From positions 124,001 to 188,000 of the forward strand of contig CM007990.1 of assembly GCA_002189035.1 (NCBI GenBank): a stretch of DNA of 64,000 nucleotides, in the 5' to 3' direction. Below are positions 10,899 through 24,833 of the stretch, in pieces (the stretch's first letter is position 1; each line of letters opens with the position of its first letter). This stretch comes from Utricularia gibba. Taxonomy: Eukaryota > Plantae > Magnoliophyta. The position numbers were made by a program, and so were the translations under genes. The notes under the pieces were generated by a model. It did no database searches, was not told the DNA's origin, and saw only the letters and a list, made by a program, of their open reading frames with translations.

Positions 10899-13800
10899 AT
10901 GGCATCTTTGTCGCTGCGACTCCCTACCCCTGTTCGTACTTCCAGAAAAGGTAATACAAGAGCCAAAACTGCTCGCTGCTTTAGAAGTACTGCCTGCTAC
11001 AGAAACCGGCAGGAAGAGGATAAAAATCGCTTTGGATTGGGGAGTGTGAGAGAAGTTTTGCAGAAGGACGCAGCGTTTTTGAGAGCGGGATTCAGCGAAG
11101 CATTGCAGTTGGGAAGATTATTGGAGGTTTCTAGGTTGGTGGAGGATTTGATTTGGCTGCGGATTCTACAGGACCCCGAGTCATTGTCCTTGAAATTTCC
11201 AGATTGGCCTCGTCCCTGCTATCCAGGTGCTCAGCTTGGAGTTATAGGATTCTGCATGTTCCCACGAAATGATTCCGTATATATAATTCTGGAGTTTATG
11301 CTTGTCAAAAATTCGGATTCTGATCAGTAGTCGCTGAGGCAGTGTCTATTTGAGAAGCTTGAGATTTATTAGGGAAAGTTCATAGCCTGTTTTATTTAGG
11401 TACTATACTGCTGTTTAAACTGTTAATTCCTTGGCCTAAAAGTTGTTTTTTTTTTTTTTCTTCTTCTGGCCTTTTGTGTAGAACTCTACGGTCTGGATTT
11501 GTTTTTTGCTGACCTGAATGCGTTGGAGGTGTATTCTGTCTACTTCTACCGTCTCTTCAGGATGTGGACCAAACCCCTTCCCGAACTCTATGACGCTGAT
11601 ACAGTGACAGAGTATTTCACCCTGAGGCCACATGTTGTGGCTTTCCGAATTATTGAGGTCTTTAAATCACTATGCATTTCTTTTTCCTTCTGCTTGGATC
11701 CTGAGTATGACATTGACACTTTCACCGCATGGACTGATGCCTAAGCATTTTGGTTGAACTATTTTTCAGTTGAATTATGTAGCTTCTCATTGTTTTCTGA
11801 TGCAGGTTTTTATAGCCTTTGCCTCCTCAATTGTCAAGTTTCAGCTCTCAAGGTTCACTTTTTCTGCAGACAAGGGTGTTCATCAGAACACTTCGAATTT
11901 CTATTTTGGGATGTTACTGAAAGAAACCATGCTATACCTGGGACCGACATTTATAAAAAGTAATAAGGATTCTGTATTTAGAGTTAAATGGATCACCCTG
12001 ATTCTCCTTCACCTGATAAATCATATGAATGTTTTGTCCATGCACAGTGGGCCAGTCTCTCTCTACAAGGCCTGATTTAATTGGCGATGATATTTCGATG
12101 GTGAGTTTAAATCATTTTTAATGGCCTTTCACATGAGAGAAGAAAATCTTGTTGAAATATGCACTTCAAATATCAAGCATTTGGTTTCAATTCACAATTT
12201 CAGGCTCTATCAGAACTCCATGATCAAGTCCCTCCATTCCCTCGGGCTGAAGCAATGAAGATTATTGAAGAAGAGTTAGCTTTTCCTGCAGAGATGTGCT
12301 TTAGCTATATCTCTGAGGATCCTGTTGCTGCCGCTTCATTTGGTCAGGTATAGAGAATGTCATTACGTGCCATTGTCCTTTCTCCACCTTTGAAATCTGA
12401 AGTCAAATATATGAGAGGCAAAGGAATAATATGACCTTAATACAATTGAGGCATTATTATTTGTAGGTCTACAAGGCAAGTACTCTCGATGGAGTTGACG
12501 TTGCTATAAAAGTTCAGCGTCCCAACATGCGCCATGTTGTGTTTCGAGATATATATGTTCTTCGTATTGGGGTTGGTTTCATCTTCATGTATTGCAATAT
12601 TTTATTTTGATGTTCGCCGGATGCTGAAATTTTGTCAACTACTTCAGCTTGGCCTATTGCAAATCATAGCTAAAAGACAAAATGACCTTCGTCATTATGC
12701 CGATGAGGTTGGAAAAGGCTTGATTGGAGAGTTGGATTATACTTTGGAAGCTGCAAATGCTCTAGAATTCATGGTATTCATTGCTCATAACTGAATTAGT
12801 TGTAAGCAAGGGCTTCACATCCTAATTAGTGGTGAGAAGCTTCTATGCAAAAATCATTTCTTTAGGTAGCTCTTGATTTCAAGACTTTTTTTTCTTTCTA
12901 AATCTAGTTTAATAACCCTCTGCTCTCTCTTCCTCTATCTATCACCGATATATTCTAACTTTCTGTTGTCATAATCATTATGCAGGAGGTTCATTCTAGG
13001 TTTACTTTTATGCATGTACCGAAAGTATTGACCCATTTGACTAAGAAAAGAGTATTAACCATGGAGTGGATGGTTGGTGACAGTCCAAAGGAGTTAATAT
13101 CAAAGCGGTCTCCAGAGTCTAACCGAAAGCTTCTTGATTTGGTTGGATTATGATCCATGGAATCTCAACTAAGTGCATCGATATTTTGTTTCCCTTCTCC
13201 TTTTGCGTGTTATCTCTTAAAAACACTGATTCCCAATTCTATGTGAAGGTTAGCAAAGGTGTGGAGGCATCACTCGTTCAACTTCTTGACACTGGCTTAA
13301 TGCATGCTGATCCACATCCTGGAAATTTGCGATATGTATCAGGGAAAATAGGGTATTTAGCTGCTTTGTTCTGCATTGAGGCTGAGTTTCGCCTTGTCCA
13401 CGTGCAATTTTGATTGAAACATGTATCAGTGAAGGATGATTATTTTTTATCACTTCGTGTAACAGGTTTCTGGATTTCGGCTTACTCTGTCGTATGGAAG
13501 AGAAACATCAATTTGCCATGTTGGGTGCCACTATCCACATAGTATATGGTGATTGGGCATCCCTGGTAACCGATCTGAGGGAAATGGATGTTATAAAGCC
13601 TGGAACTAACATAAGGGGCTTCACCATGGTAGTATCAGTTTGTTTAGAAATATAATTTTAAAAATGACGTTTTTAATCTGCATTATGCACCATTACAATA
13701 TCTGTTAAAGGACCTGGAAAGTGCGCTGGGAGAGCTGGACTTCAGCGCTGGGATACCAGATGTCAAATTTAGTCGAGTAAGGATTGTCTGCAACTCTCTG

Positions 13801-15064
13801 TGTTTCAGCGTCTGTGTTTGTTATTTTCAAGTTAGCTGCGTTTCTGTGCTTCACTTATTCTACTAGTCTTCTTGCACTGAAGGTACTGGGTAAAATTTGG
13901 TCTGTTGCACTGAAGTACCATTGCCGATTACCACCATACTATATTCTTGTGTTGCGTTCATTGGCTTCTCTAGAAGGTACCTTTCATCTTTCGAACTCCA
14001 GCCGTGCGGTTTCATACAATTTGTTTTTAAATTGTAGGATTGGCCGTCGCTGTGGATCCAAATTTTAAGACATTTGAAGCCGCGTATCCATATGTTGTTC
14101 AGAAACTTCTCTTTGACAATTCTGCAGCCACAAGAAGAATTCTGCATTCGGTATTGTAGAGGAGAAAAGTGTCTATAACTTTCAATCTCTTGGTGAATCT
14201 CCTTTTTAAACAGCGTGTCAAAATTTTCAGGTCGTTCTGAATAGAAAGCGGGAGTTTCAGTGGCAAAAGCTTTCCATGTTCTTGAGAGTCACTGCAACGA
14301 GGCAAGATACTGCTTCCTCGTCTACTCAGTCATTCATCAACTTTTTAGTCGGCCTCTGAGGATGCTTTCTATCCCATATTTCCTCTAGGAGGAGGCTCCA
14401 ATCTGTCGTCTCGCCGGCCACTGAAAATCATCCTGCAAATCTCACGAAAGGAATTGGACCGGAGGTGAACATTGCAGGCTTTGCACTGAGGCTGCTAACA
14501 TCTAGCAACGGCCAGGCAATAAGAAGGCTTCTAATGACTGCGGTTGCAATCACTACTTCTTCTTCTTTAACTTCTCATTCTTAGAGCATATTGCCTTTTT
14601 GCTCCTCTCCGGAAATGGATCTGCTTCTTACGATTACTCTAAAACAGGAGGGCACGGTGTTGATAAGGGCGCTGGTTTCAGATGAGGCTGCTTTATACCG
14701 ACAACAGCTTTGCCGAGTGATCTCCAATCTGCTGTTTCAAAGGATGAGTCTCGCCCTGCAGAAGGCTTTTAATCTCCAGCTCTCCGAATTCGCCTCCCCG
14801 GTGCTTTCCTCTCCCGAGGACTATGAGCTTCAAACGCTGTCTCTGGAGAAGCATTACAGATCGTTTCTAAGGGACAGAAGACTGAGGGTCATCTTCTTCA
14901 AGTACCTGAATACTGCAAGAAAAGACCCCATCTTGTTGTTTAGGTTCTGCTGGACATCCATGGCCGTAATCCTTATGGCGGCAGCCATGGCATGCCAAAG
15001 AATGATGCTCTCCCTTCCTAGGGCCCGTCTTCTCCCTAAGCGCATTGCCGTGTCTCCTGCTTGA
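10899..15064 (+). CDS. ABC1/UbiB atypical protein kinase, probably plastid-targeted and ABC1K4/ATH8-like, about 16 exons
   Basis: Spliced exons give GPTFIK-GQSLSTRPD, VAAASFGQVY, VAIKVQRP, GELDYTLEA, HADPHPGN and DFG. The N-terminus resembles a transit peptide. One intron is GC-AG (14302-14388). Confidence 0.9.
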
Positions 15065-15703
15065 CTAAATGTACTAAACAGCACATTCCACACCAGCCCA
15101 TTCTTGTTGTTCATTACACACCAGCCCATCCACACAAAACGTACACGCAGCAAACAAGCCATTCCAAGCTAACCTGATACGTGCAAATGAACATCAGTGG
15201 GTTCAAAAAAGAAGACCAATTTGAAAATGCTGAATTAATCATTTTCCACATAGTGTATTGTAGGGTAAAAATTAGAAATAAAGGAAACAGCATTATGAAG
15301 GAGGACTAGGGGAATCATTAGCATATTCAAAACTAGTCCTGTTAGATCACACTCTGGATTATATGTTAAACATTATTCCTTAAAGAATCATTCTTTGTCT
15401 ACCCGAAGACCGAGATAACTAGATGTGTTACCATATTCGCGTGTAATCTCCACAGGATTTTTTAATAGCGATTAAGGAAATAATAATAAGGTTTAAGCTC
15501 AGTGCCTGCTTATAACTTCATCGACATGGAGGGTGTTTATTGCGAATAACGAGGTGATTTGTCGGAAGATTTGCAGTTGCAGGCCTCCATGATTCGAAAT
15601 ATGACCGTTGGGGGGTGCCATGTAATGGCTGCCGTTCAAAAAAGCTTCACTACATTTTGAGTGGGAGTCTCAGCAGAAATCGAATTCTGCCCAAGAAACC
15701 CAA

Positions 15704-16828
15704 ATGGGTTGTGTTTCTTCGAAGCTCTTCACCAAGGAAATTCACCGAGAGAATGTCGACAAGAACAGAGCTTTCTTCACGCACCATGTGGTGTCTCTAA
15801 CCTCGAGTACGTATGGAGCTCTTAGTCTTGAGAAGAAGAAGCCGATTCTACTGGAGAATGAAATTGTGAAGAAATGGGAAAAAGGAGAAGAGCGCCGCTC
15901 GGCGGAGGCAAAAAGGGCGTCGCCGGTTAAGGAACAGTCGCCGGAGATTATAAATGCATGGGAGCTAATGGAAGGACTAGAAGAAGAAACCAAGAAAAGC
16001 CCGAAATCGAGTGCTTGTGGAGATGAGTATTCGAGGAGGAGTCCTTTCAAGAAATTGAATCGATTTGCGGGTTCTCCGAGGAAGGTGAAGAAAATTGGAG
16101 GTAAAGAAAATACCCCAAAAACTGCTGTTAGAGAATGTAATGATTTGAAGAAGCAATCTCCGAAAATGTGGAGTTTTAGGTTTGATTCCGGCGTCACGCC
16201 GCCGTCGAGACGGCGGAGTTTAGGACCGTTGTTCGATCCCGAACTCTTGGCGTCATTTGAGAAGGAGGTGTCTGAAGAAGAGGAAAATTTGATGAATAAA
16301 CAGATGGTTTCAGACATGAAATTGAGGAAATCTCATGATTCCTCCGCTGTTCTCGAATCGTACAAGAGAAAGTGTCCCGCTGGAGGAGAAAACGGGGTTG
16401 TCTTATACACGACAACTCTACGAGGAATCAGAAAAACATTTGAAGAATGCAATGTTGCGAGATCTATAATCGAATCAAAGAATGTTCAAATGTTCGAGAG
16501 AGATGTTTCAATGCACGCAGGTTTCAAAGACGAACTGAGAACTCTGATGGGCAGCAAGAATGTGAAAGTGCCATTGCTTTTTGTGAAAGGAAGATTGATT
16601 GGTGGGGCGAATGAGATTATGAAGCTGGAAGAGGAGGGGAAATTGGAGGTTCTTCTAGATAGGATACCACCGGCGACTCCCGGCTGCCGTAGCTGCGGCG
16701 GATTCCGATTTCTGATGTGTGTGGAGTGCAACGGAAGCTGCAAGGTGCTCGGTGAAGACAGGATCAAGAGGGTCAAGTGTGAGAAATGCAACGAAAATGG
16801 GTTGATCCAGTGTCCCTCTTGTTGTTAA
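15704..16828 (+). CDS. Plant glutaredoxin-like family protein with C-terminal Cys-rich finger, single exon
   Basis: 374-aa ORF with an MGC lipidation-type start, VVLYTTTLRGIRKTFEEC, ERDVSMH, VPLLFVKGRLIGG and two CxxC-x7-CxxC blocks at the C-terminus. Confidence 0.93.
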   Translation: MGCVSSKLFTKEIHRENVDKNRAFFTHHVVSLTSSTYGALSLEKKKPILLENEIVKKWEKGEERRSAEAKRASPVKEQSPEIINAWELMEGLEEETKKSPKSSACGDEYSRRSPFKKLNRFAGSPRKVKKIGGKENTPKTAVRECNDLKKQSPKMWSFRFDSGVTPPSRRRSLGPLFDPELLASFEKEVSEEEENLMNKQMVSDMKLRKSHDSSAVLESYKRKCPAGGENGVVLYTTTLRGIRKTFEECNVARSIIESKNVQMFERDVSMHAGFKDELRTLMGSKNVKVPLLFVKGRLIGGANEIMKLEEEGKLEVLLDRIPPATPGCRSCGGFRFLMCVECNGSCKVLGEDRIKRVKCEKCNENGLIQCPSCC

Positions 16829-17523
16829 GTTAAATCTCTGGTTTACAGTATTCTTGGTGTGGTTTGAGTTGCTAGAAAGCTGAAGATACAAGTTATTTGC
16901 CAGGGCTCTAATATGTCTCACAAAATTGTAGTCTTCTGACATGCCTCGGTGATCTGTCCGAGTTCAGTGAAAGTTGCCTTGTTTCGACCTTGTATCTTCC
17001 TGTTTTTCACGATACGTTAGGTTGAATCCTGTCCTAGATTACGGGAAAGATGTCGTCTTTATGCTAAAAAAACAGCTTTCAAGCCCGTTATGCCTGATCA
17101 GCTTCGAAATCTGATTTAACTGACGAGAGACTGTTGACTCGGCTGAGGTGCTTCTGATAAGAAAAGACAGTTGACGCATCAGCTTTCGAGTGCCAACTCA
17201 GACCTCTAAAAGCTTGGCGCAGCCAGATCTGTCAAGAAGCACTATATTCTGATTCTGATGCTTTCCACTATATTCTTTGTAGCCGATGTAGTCGCTTGTC
17301 TTTCGGTGCTTTCAAGGGATCACTTGCATCATTCGACCACTTTTATTTCGCGCTCCAATCTCCATATCTGTGATCTGGTTTTTTCCCTTTTCAATGATGC
17401 ATTTCCGCAACCCATTCCACAACTCGGAGTTACAGGTGTTCTAGAGGCCAAGATAGTGATTTGCAGTGTCCAGTTTTGTAGCTCCTAGGATTCTCCGGCG
17501 ACCGTAAGCCTCGGAAGCAGATT

Positions 17524-17645
17524 TGGGCCAAAAGGCTGTGACTAATGAAGATTGGGCTCAAAATCATAAAGGGCCGAGAGGTTGCACCATAAGAATAAGG
17601 GCCTCAAATCCATTTCTCCATTAGCTCTTCGTCCCAGTAGGGTTT
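17524..17645 (+). promoter_or_regulatory. Ribosomal-protein-type promoter: site II motifs plus telo-box
   Basis: TGGGCC (about 17524), TGGGCT (about 17553) and TAGGGTTT (17638-17645, the reverse complement of AAACCCTA) lie just upstream of the RPS14 ATG. Confidence 0.7.
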
Positions 17646-17701
17646 TCATTTCCGCACGGGTTGCTGCTGAGTCGTCGTTCCTTTCAGCGACCACCGGAAC
17701 C

Positions 17702-18785
<1,084 letters not shown>

Positions 18786-19830
18786 CTCCATCGCTCATAT
18801 GCATTTGTTCTGCTATCAAGCTTGAATTTTGTTCGTGAACATTTCAATCCCCTTGCTGAAACTCAAGAAATGTTTGTGTCATTTCATCGGACTTGGTATG
18901 CAAAAGCTGGTTTTTTTGGGATTCCCAATTGCCCCTTGCGTCATTGAAATGCCATTATCCCCAATTTTTTTGGTGCTGTTCAAATGATCATTTTTAATGC
19001 TCTGTGTTCTACGGTGCAGTGTTATTAGTGCTATGATGTGTGATTGCTTGTGGGAAATAGCTTTTCCGCCCTTGTTGCTACAAAATGCAAATAAGGGCAC
19101 TATATATTCCCTACATGAAACACCGTCCAACTTTGTCTGCAGTATTCTGTTGCTGTCGATTTTCAAGGATGGTACAAGAAGTAAACTTCAACCCAATTTT
19201 ATCCAGACCGAGTCAATGAGCAAGCTCGTCCATATTTTTATTGTTGCATGACTAAGTCCATCCTGGTCAGGTTCATTTATGTGCATTTCCTTGTAAGAAC
19301 CAAAAGGAATGATGATTGGACGCCAAATCGAGGCAAACTTTTTTTAAAAAAAAGGAGGCGATAATGATGAAGGGAACTTGCCGAATTTTGTCCCAAGTGC
19401 ATCTTCTTCTTGACCTGTGGTTTAGGGGTCAAGTCATGCTCTAATGACGTGAGCCAATTGGTCTCTCTGAGCGGGTCATTGTCTCTCTCGGACACCTAAT
19501 CATCCATTTTTCCAGTTTCTAATATGGTACATGACACAGTTTGTGTAATAGAGCACAGTATCACACACTAGGTAAGTAGCATAAAGATTCCTGTTACTTA
19601 ATTTACACGAGTAGTTCCATACGTGTTTTTTTGTAATTTGTAGTGCTAGAAGTATGTAGTCTGTGGTCTTTCTAAAGTCAAGTCACTACTTAGTGCGGCC
19701 TGTGGAACCGCGTTCCAGGAACATGACTGGAGATTTCCAGGACCTCCCGCGTGGAAATATGTTGCTACTCTTCCCTTCTATTAGACTACTAGAGTTCATC
19801 TTTTTTCCCCTTTCCATGCATCAGTTAGCA

Positions 19831-20670
19831 ATGAGTGCGAATGACTGCCCTGTAGGCTTCAGGTTCTACCCAAACGAAGAAGAGCTTCTCTCCTTTTATC
19901 TCCATCGCAAGATATATGGAAACTGTCCACCCTCCATTGACAGCATCATCCCACTTCTCCACATCTACGACTATGATCCCCCAGACCTCCCAAGTAATGA
20001 ATGGAATTCGAGCGTTCAACCTCGTAGTGAATGACACCTTTGTTAGTCGTAGTAACATGAAATTTATCGTGTTGATTAGGATTTGCAGGGAACCATTCTC
20101 CATTAGGAGGGGAGCAGTGGTTCTTTTTCGTTCCGATGCGAGGGAAAGAAGCGCGTAATGGAAGGACTAACAGGCTAACCCCACAGGGGTACTGGAAAGC
20201 AACCGGGACACAGAGTGACGTTAACTCCCCAGCACCAAATCATCGGCCGGAAAAGAACGATGGTTTTCTACGCTGGACGAGCTCCTACCGGCCGGAAGAC
20301 TCCGTGGAAGATGAATGAGTACAAGGCTGTGGAGACCCCTTCCTCCTTGCCAACCTCGCAGGTGCGGTGAAGCACCTCTTTCATGTTTTAGTTGCGGGTT
20401 TCATGTAGAGGTACTAAAACTTGCTTGCAGGTCAGGGAGGAACTCAGTCTGTGCAGAATCTACAACAGGCCATCATCGGGAAGAGCATTCCAGAGACGAA
20501 CGCTACGAGGTTTGGAGGCAGCTGAGTATCAGCAAAGGGTTGAACCAGCGGTGGAGAAACCATCCAATGGAGAGCCCAAGGATGCTGAAGCAGAAGCTGA
20601 AAATATGGCTGCCAATGGCTTCGCTTCGTGGGATTTGGAGTCCATATGGATGAACTTAGGCTACACATAG
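19831..20670 (+). CDS. NAC transcription factor (NAC061/NAC090-like), 3 exons, with an apparent frameshift at about 20227-20243
   Basis: [24 protein letters not shown] and GYWKATG are in one frame. [26 protein letters not shown] continues in a different frame. The last exon begins [11 protein letters not shown]. Confidence 0.88.
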
Positions 20671-21951
20671 GAAACCAAGGCTCTTCATAAAAAGGCAAGC
20701 GTTAGGAACATTATTATCGATAAGAGTTAACGTTTGGACCAGAAATAATCTTGATGGGCCGTATAATGGGCCTTGCAATCATTATCTGTTAGCAAGCCAA
20801 GCGTGCCGAAGCCCAGCCCATCAATCGCGTGCGAGGCGGCAACCGTTTTCCTCCCGTTTCCCTGTCCCCTGGGCGCCTACGTGGCAAGCACGCGTGACGT
20901 CATCACCAATCATATGAAGATTTCTCAAGTTTCGGTTTTCACTTTTTCACCATGTTAAACGAAGGAATAGTGAAATAGAACAGTGGAAAGGGTTGCCTCT
21001 GGAAAAGGTAAAATGAAAGGGTTTTAATATTTGGTTGTTGCAGGCTGCAGGGGGAGTGATAATGCGGGGGGACAACAAATCAGGGGAACCAACCAGCGTC
21101 AGTATGACTCATACCCATCTACCGTACAACGTTTTTGAGACAAAACATCCAACCGTCCATGTTCTGTCCAATCTTATCATCAGCTCCGTCACTTTCTTCT
21201 TCCTCGACTCATCTTCTCACAGTTAAAAAAAGCTATTTTGTTCTTGTGGGACCGCTTTCTTCTTCAGTTTCTTACGTGACATCAACCCAACCGAGTGCAC
21301 GCTACATCTCTACTCTGGGATTCTTCTTCTTCTTCTTACGCACTCTGCAACTGATGAAGAAAGGCCACCATCCGGTACTTCAGTTCCCCACATGTTATCC
21401 CTCCCTCCTGAGAAACAGTCCCCTGTTCTTGGTTCGCCCGAGAAAGTTATCATATCCTGAGAAAAGAAAAAAAGAAGGCTTGAGGACTGAGATCACGTGG
21501 ACAGATTTCGCAAATCCAAGAAAAGCTTCCGGTGATTTGTGAGCTTAAAACAGAGGAGGAGTTGCAACTTACTATCACCTTCTCGTAACCATCATCATCA
21601 ATCATTTAAAAAAAAGTAGGCAATTGTCTGGTTATCATCTGCAAATCCCCTCCCCCCACGGGAGTGACACTAATCGAAGCATCTCAACTACCCTCCAGTT
21701 AGCAAGGGCCAGAGGCTCTGGGCCACAGGGTTGAGGTAGAAATGAATGCTTCCCTCCACGTACGCGTTGTTCTAGCATAACATTTATGTGGGTTTTAAGG
21801 TTTAAGGTAACTTTTTTCTTCTATGGGCAAATATATGATGCTCCAATGAGAAGAGTTACTCAGAATAGCAATCAAATATCTGGACAACTCCTTTATGTGT
21901 GTTGATTTGACATCAGAACAAGGATCAAGATCACTTTTTTATTTTCTTTTT

Positions 21952-23061
21952 CTAGATGTGAATCTCAAAGATGGAAGAAATTGAAGTGTGTACCATGTGA
22001 TCTGAGTAGTATTGACGATATGGGTTGGTGTGGCCGGAGTTTGGAGAATCCAGCAGCGTCGGATTTTGGGGTTCACCGTCCTGAAACTCCAAGTTCACGC
22101 CGAATAATCTCAGTGTCTTGAAACTGTTATTCCCTCCTGTATTTGCTTGATTCCGTGGCACTGTAGAAGCAGATCCTGTATTTTATTTATATTCTCAATG
22201 AAGGATATGATATGTCACTACAGTGAAGTGCAATGAATGAATCTTTCGGGAAAAAGGAAACCCACACGCATGCACATTCGCAGAGCTCAGTGATTGCTTT
22301 TCTTCAAGGAAACACCAACACAATTTTGGTTGCAGAGAAAATGCAGGAAATGGGTACTTGTTAATCCAATAAAATGAGCAAGAGATTTGGAGAATCACTT
22401 TACTTTTGATTGTTGATTACCTGAAGAAGGGCCTGAATTTTTGGATTGGCCGGAGGTCCCCCTGCCATCGCCACTCGTGGCGGCGTTGTGACTCCTGCGC
22501 CGCCATCCGATGAATAAGCGGCCGGTGGAGGCGCGGTGCCGAGAAAAGGTAACTACATCGCCGGCGTCGAGACGTTTCTCCTTCACGAAACGGCTCCACC
22601 CCTTGGTTAGAACGTAGCTCTGGCTACTGTTCCAGTACGAGTAGCGAAACCTCCAGGTTTTCCCCAGCTCATCCATGAAGTTCAAGAGAACCCCATTCTC
22701 GCAGGAGTCCCCTCCGCAGTTCATCGGAAAATTCCTCTCCGCGTGCTGTTTCGGGATCACCAGACGGTTGAGCTTCCCAACGTCGCTCGGCGTCAATGGC
22801 TTCTCGAACAACATCTCCCTGTGCTCCTGCCCCGGCGCCCCCCCGCCGTCGAGCTCTTCATCCTCATCATTGTTGAGGTTGAGGTTGAAGGCGAAAGGGG
22901 CACGGCGGTGGCTGCCGTGGTTGGAACGCAGAAGACTCCTCTAAAGCCGCTGCGGTCGTGATTGGGTGGCGCAGACTCCGTGCTCAACTTGGACCACCAC
23001 CCCCGCTGCGGCTGCGGCGGCGGCGTCCGGAAGCTCCGAGTAGTAGTGATTGACAGACATG
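21952..23061 (-). CDS. B3-domain RAV/NGATHA-like (NGAL/SOD7/DPA4-type) repressor, with an in-frame TAG at 22941-22943 as assembled and an uncertain 3' end
   Basis: MSVNHY start, B3 domain [24 protein letters not shown]...[29 protein letters not shown], intron 22420-22161, and an RLFGVNL repression motif in exon 2. Confidence 0.88.
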
Positions 23062-23989
23062 GGGGTTGATGAGTGGCGCGGCAGGAAAAAAGAGCAGCTC
23101 AAGTATGCACCAAAGATGCACACACAAGACCCATACTTATACCCCCAACATTCTATGGATACACACTTCCATAAATAAATCATCCCATTCATTATTCCCC
23201 CAAATTCATCACAAAAATGACCGACAACTATTTGATGCCTTCTCACTCCTACCACCACCACTCAGTTCTCACCTTTTTCTTTAATCAGATACGCAGTACA
23301 AGAATGCAGACCCATCCCTCTCTTCCTAAACAACACAGTTGTACGTTTTGTTTCTAAGGCGCTGGCTGGCTGGCTGGCTGCAGCTGTACGACCACTGTCT
23401 CCCTCGCACGGCATCACTTCAGTCGAGTTTGCTCAGTAATTACAAAGAAAAAACCACTGTGAAGAGGAGAAGGATGGGATGGATAGGAATAGGAATAGAA
23501 GGATAGGGCAGATGTGTATGGAATTCAAATTCAATAAATGCATGCGTGACTCTTGGTGCTCTTTCTTTCTCTCTTGTGAACAGGTAGGTACAGGGACACC
23601 CTTCCTCTCTCTATCTCATTGTTTTGTTTGATAATCGAATAAAAAAATCTCCTAGAAACTAATACGAAATTGTGTTGGTTTTCTGATGGTCCATGTTTCA
23701 TTTCTTGCATAATTGAATATGTTCTTCATACAAAGCACTACGCAGGCAGTCTTCTCATAATTCACCATTACTGTTTCAACCCTTTTTTTTTTGTCCCAAA
23801 GGCGCCTCCCTCACCCATTCTCAAACTCTGTGCACACGTAATTTTCTTCCTTGTATTCTCGCGTGGGAAGTCTCCATGTGCTCCCGTCAATGCACTTTTT
23901 ATTGATTTATTTATTCTCAAAAACTTTGTTGTGATGATGTAATTCCGTGGAAATCTTCAGTGGACCAGGTGGCACGCCCATGGGGGCGC

Positions 23990-24060
23990 CACGTGTGCGG
24001 TGTCACGTGGGCCTTATCTCCAGTCCCGAGCCAGGTGTATGACTTCACGTTGGCCTTATC
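23990..24060. promoter_or_regulatory. G-box / site II / I-box composite cis-element cluster upstream of NGAL
   Basis: CACGTG at 23990 and 24004, and a near-perfect 16-bp repeat tcacgt(g/t)ggccttatc at 24003 and 24045. Confidence 0.55.
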
Positions 24061-24813
24061 CCCGTGCCCGTATATGACACATTGGGTGGGCCCGCTCCCA
24101 CATCTCGAACAACTTGCTTTTTCTCTCTCCCTTAACGAGTGTTCAGACATCTGGAGAAGAGGAGATCTGATGACGTTGATGAATCCACAGCACACAGAGA
24201 GATGGAAAAAAATATATGAAAATTAAGTTATCTGCAACGCCCTAATAAATTAATGCTGTCTAGCTATCTATCTATCTACCTGTCTAACAGACAAAGGCCT
24301 CTACGACTGTGAGACTATGCGCGCATTATTTAATACTCATCATGATAATAATGGGATAAGATATTAACACCAACTTGACGAAGCTGGGAGGCACCATTTG
24401 GTCGGAGGCTTCGTGTCCCAATTCAGACCAAACGCAGCGCCGATCACGATTGGCTCTCCTTGCTGCCTGCACCACGCAACGGAGCTGTCATGTCTCCCAA
24501 TGAAATAATAATGAAGACGGGTCGGAGGCTGGCTCAGATCCGGTTCATGATTGGATTCCAATTTCGGATGAATGCATGCACGAGCTCACTACGGGAAAAG
24601 TGATTGGAGTCAGATTTACTCGGAATCTCACTCCACTTTTGAATGCGGAATACGTAGCCATGCAGGCATTGCACCACGTAGGGGGGGATTCTGTGGGGGT
24701 GCTGCTAACTGAATATTCTCGTTATATTCATGCCAATCGCCACAAAAAGAAGAATTAAGGACTCACAGAAGCGTAGCAGAAGACGACGAACTCCTCCAAC
24801 GTGATTTCCAACT

Positions 24814-24833
24814 CCCCCCCCCCCCCCCCCCCC
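24814..24833. repeat. C20 homopolymer followed by (TCTCA)n
   Basis: Directly visible in the sequence. Confidence 0.9.

Noticed and set aside
15742-16317. Long antisense or alternate-frame ORFs over GRX, OFP, PPR, SYP, PUB, BLH1 and NHL
   Set aside because: These are shadow ORFs of GC-richer coding sequence with no recognisable domains.
19364-19471. Possible C/D-box snoRNA (ATGATGA...CTGA) downstream of RPS14
   Set aside because: There is no terminal stem and no rRNA-complementary guide that I could recognise. Such boxes occur by chance.
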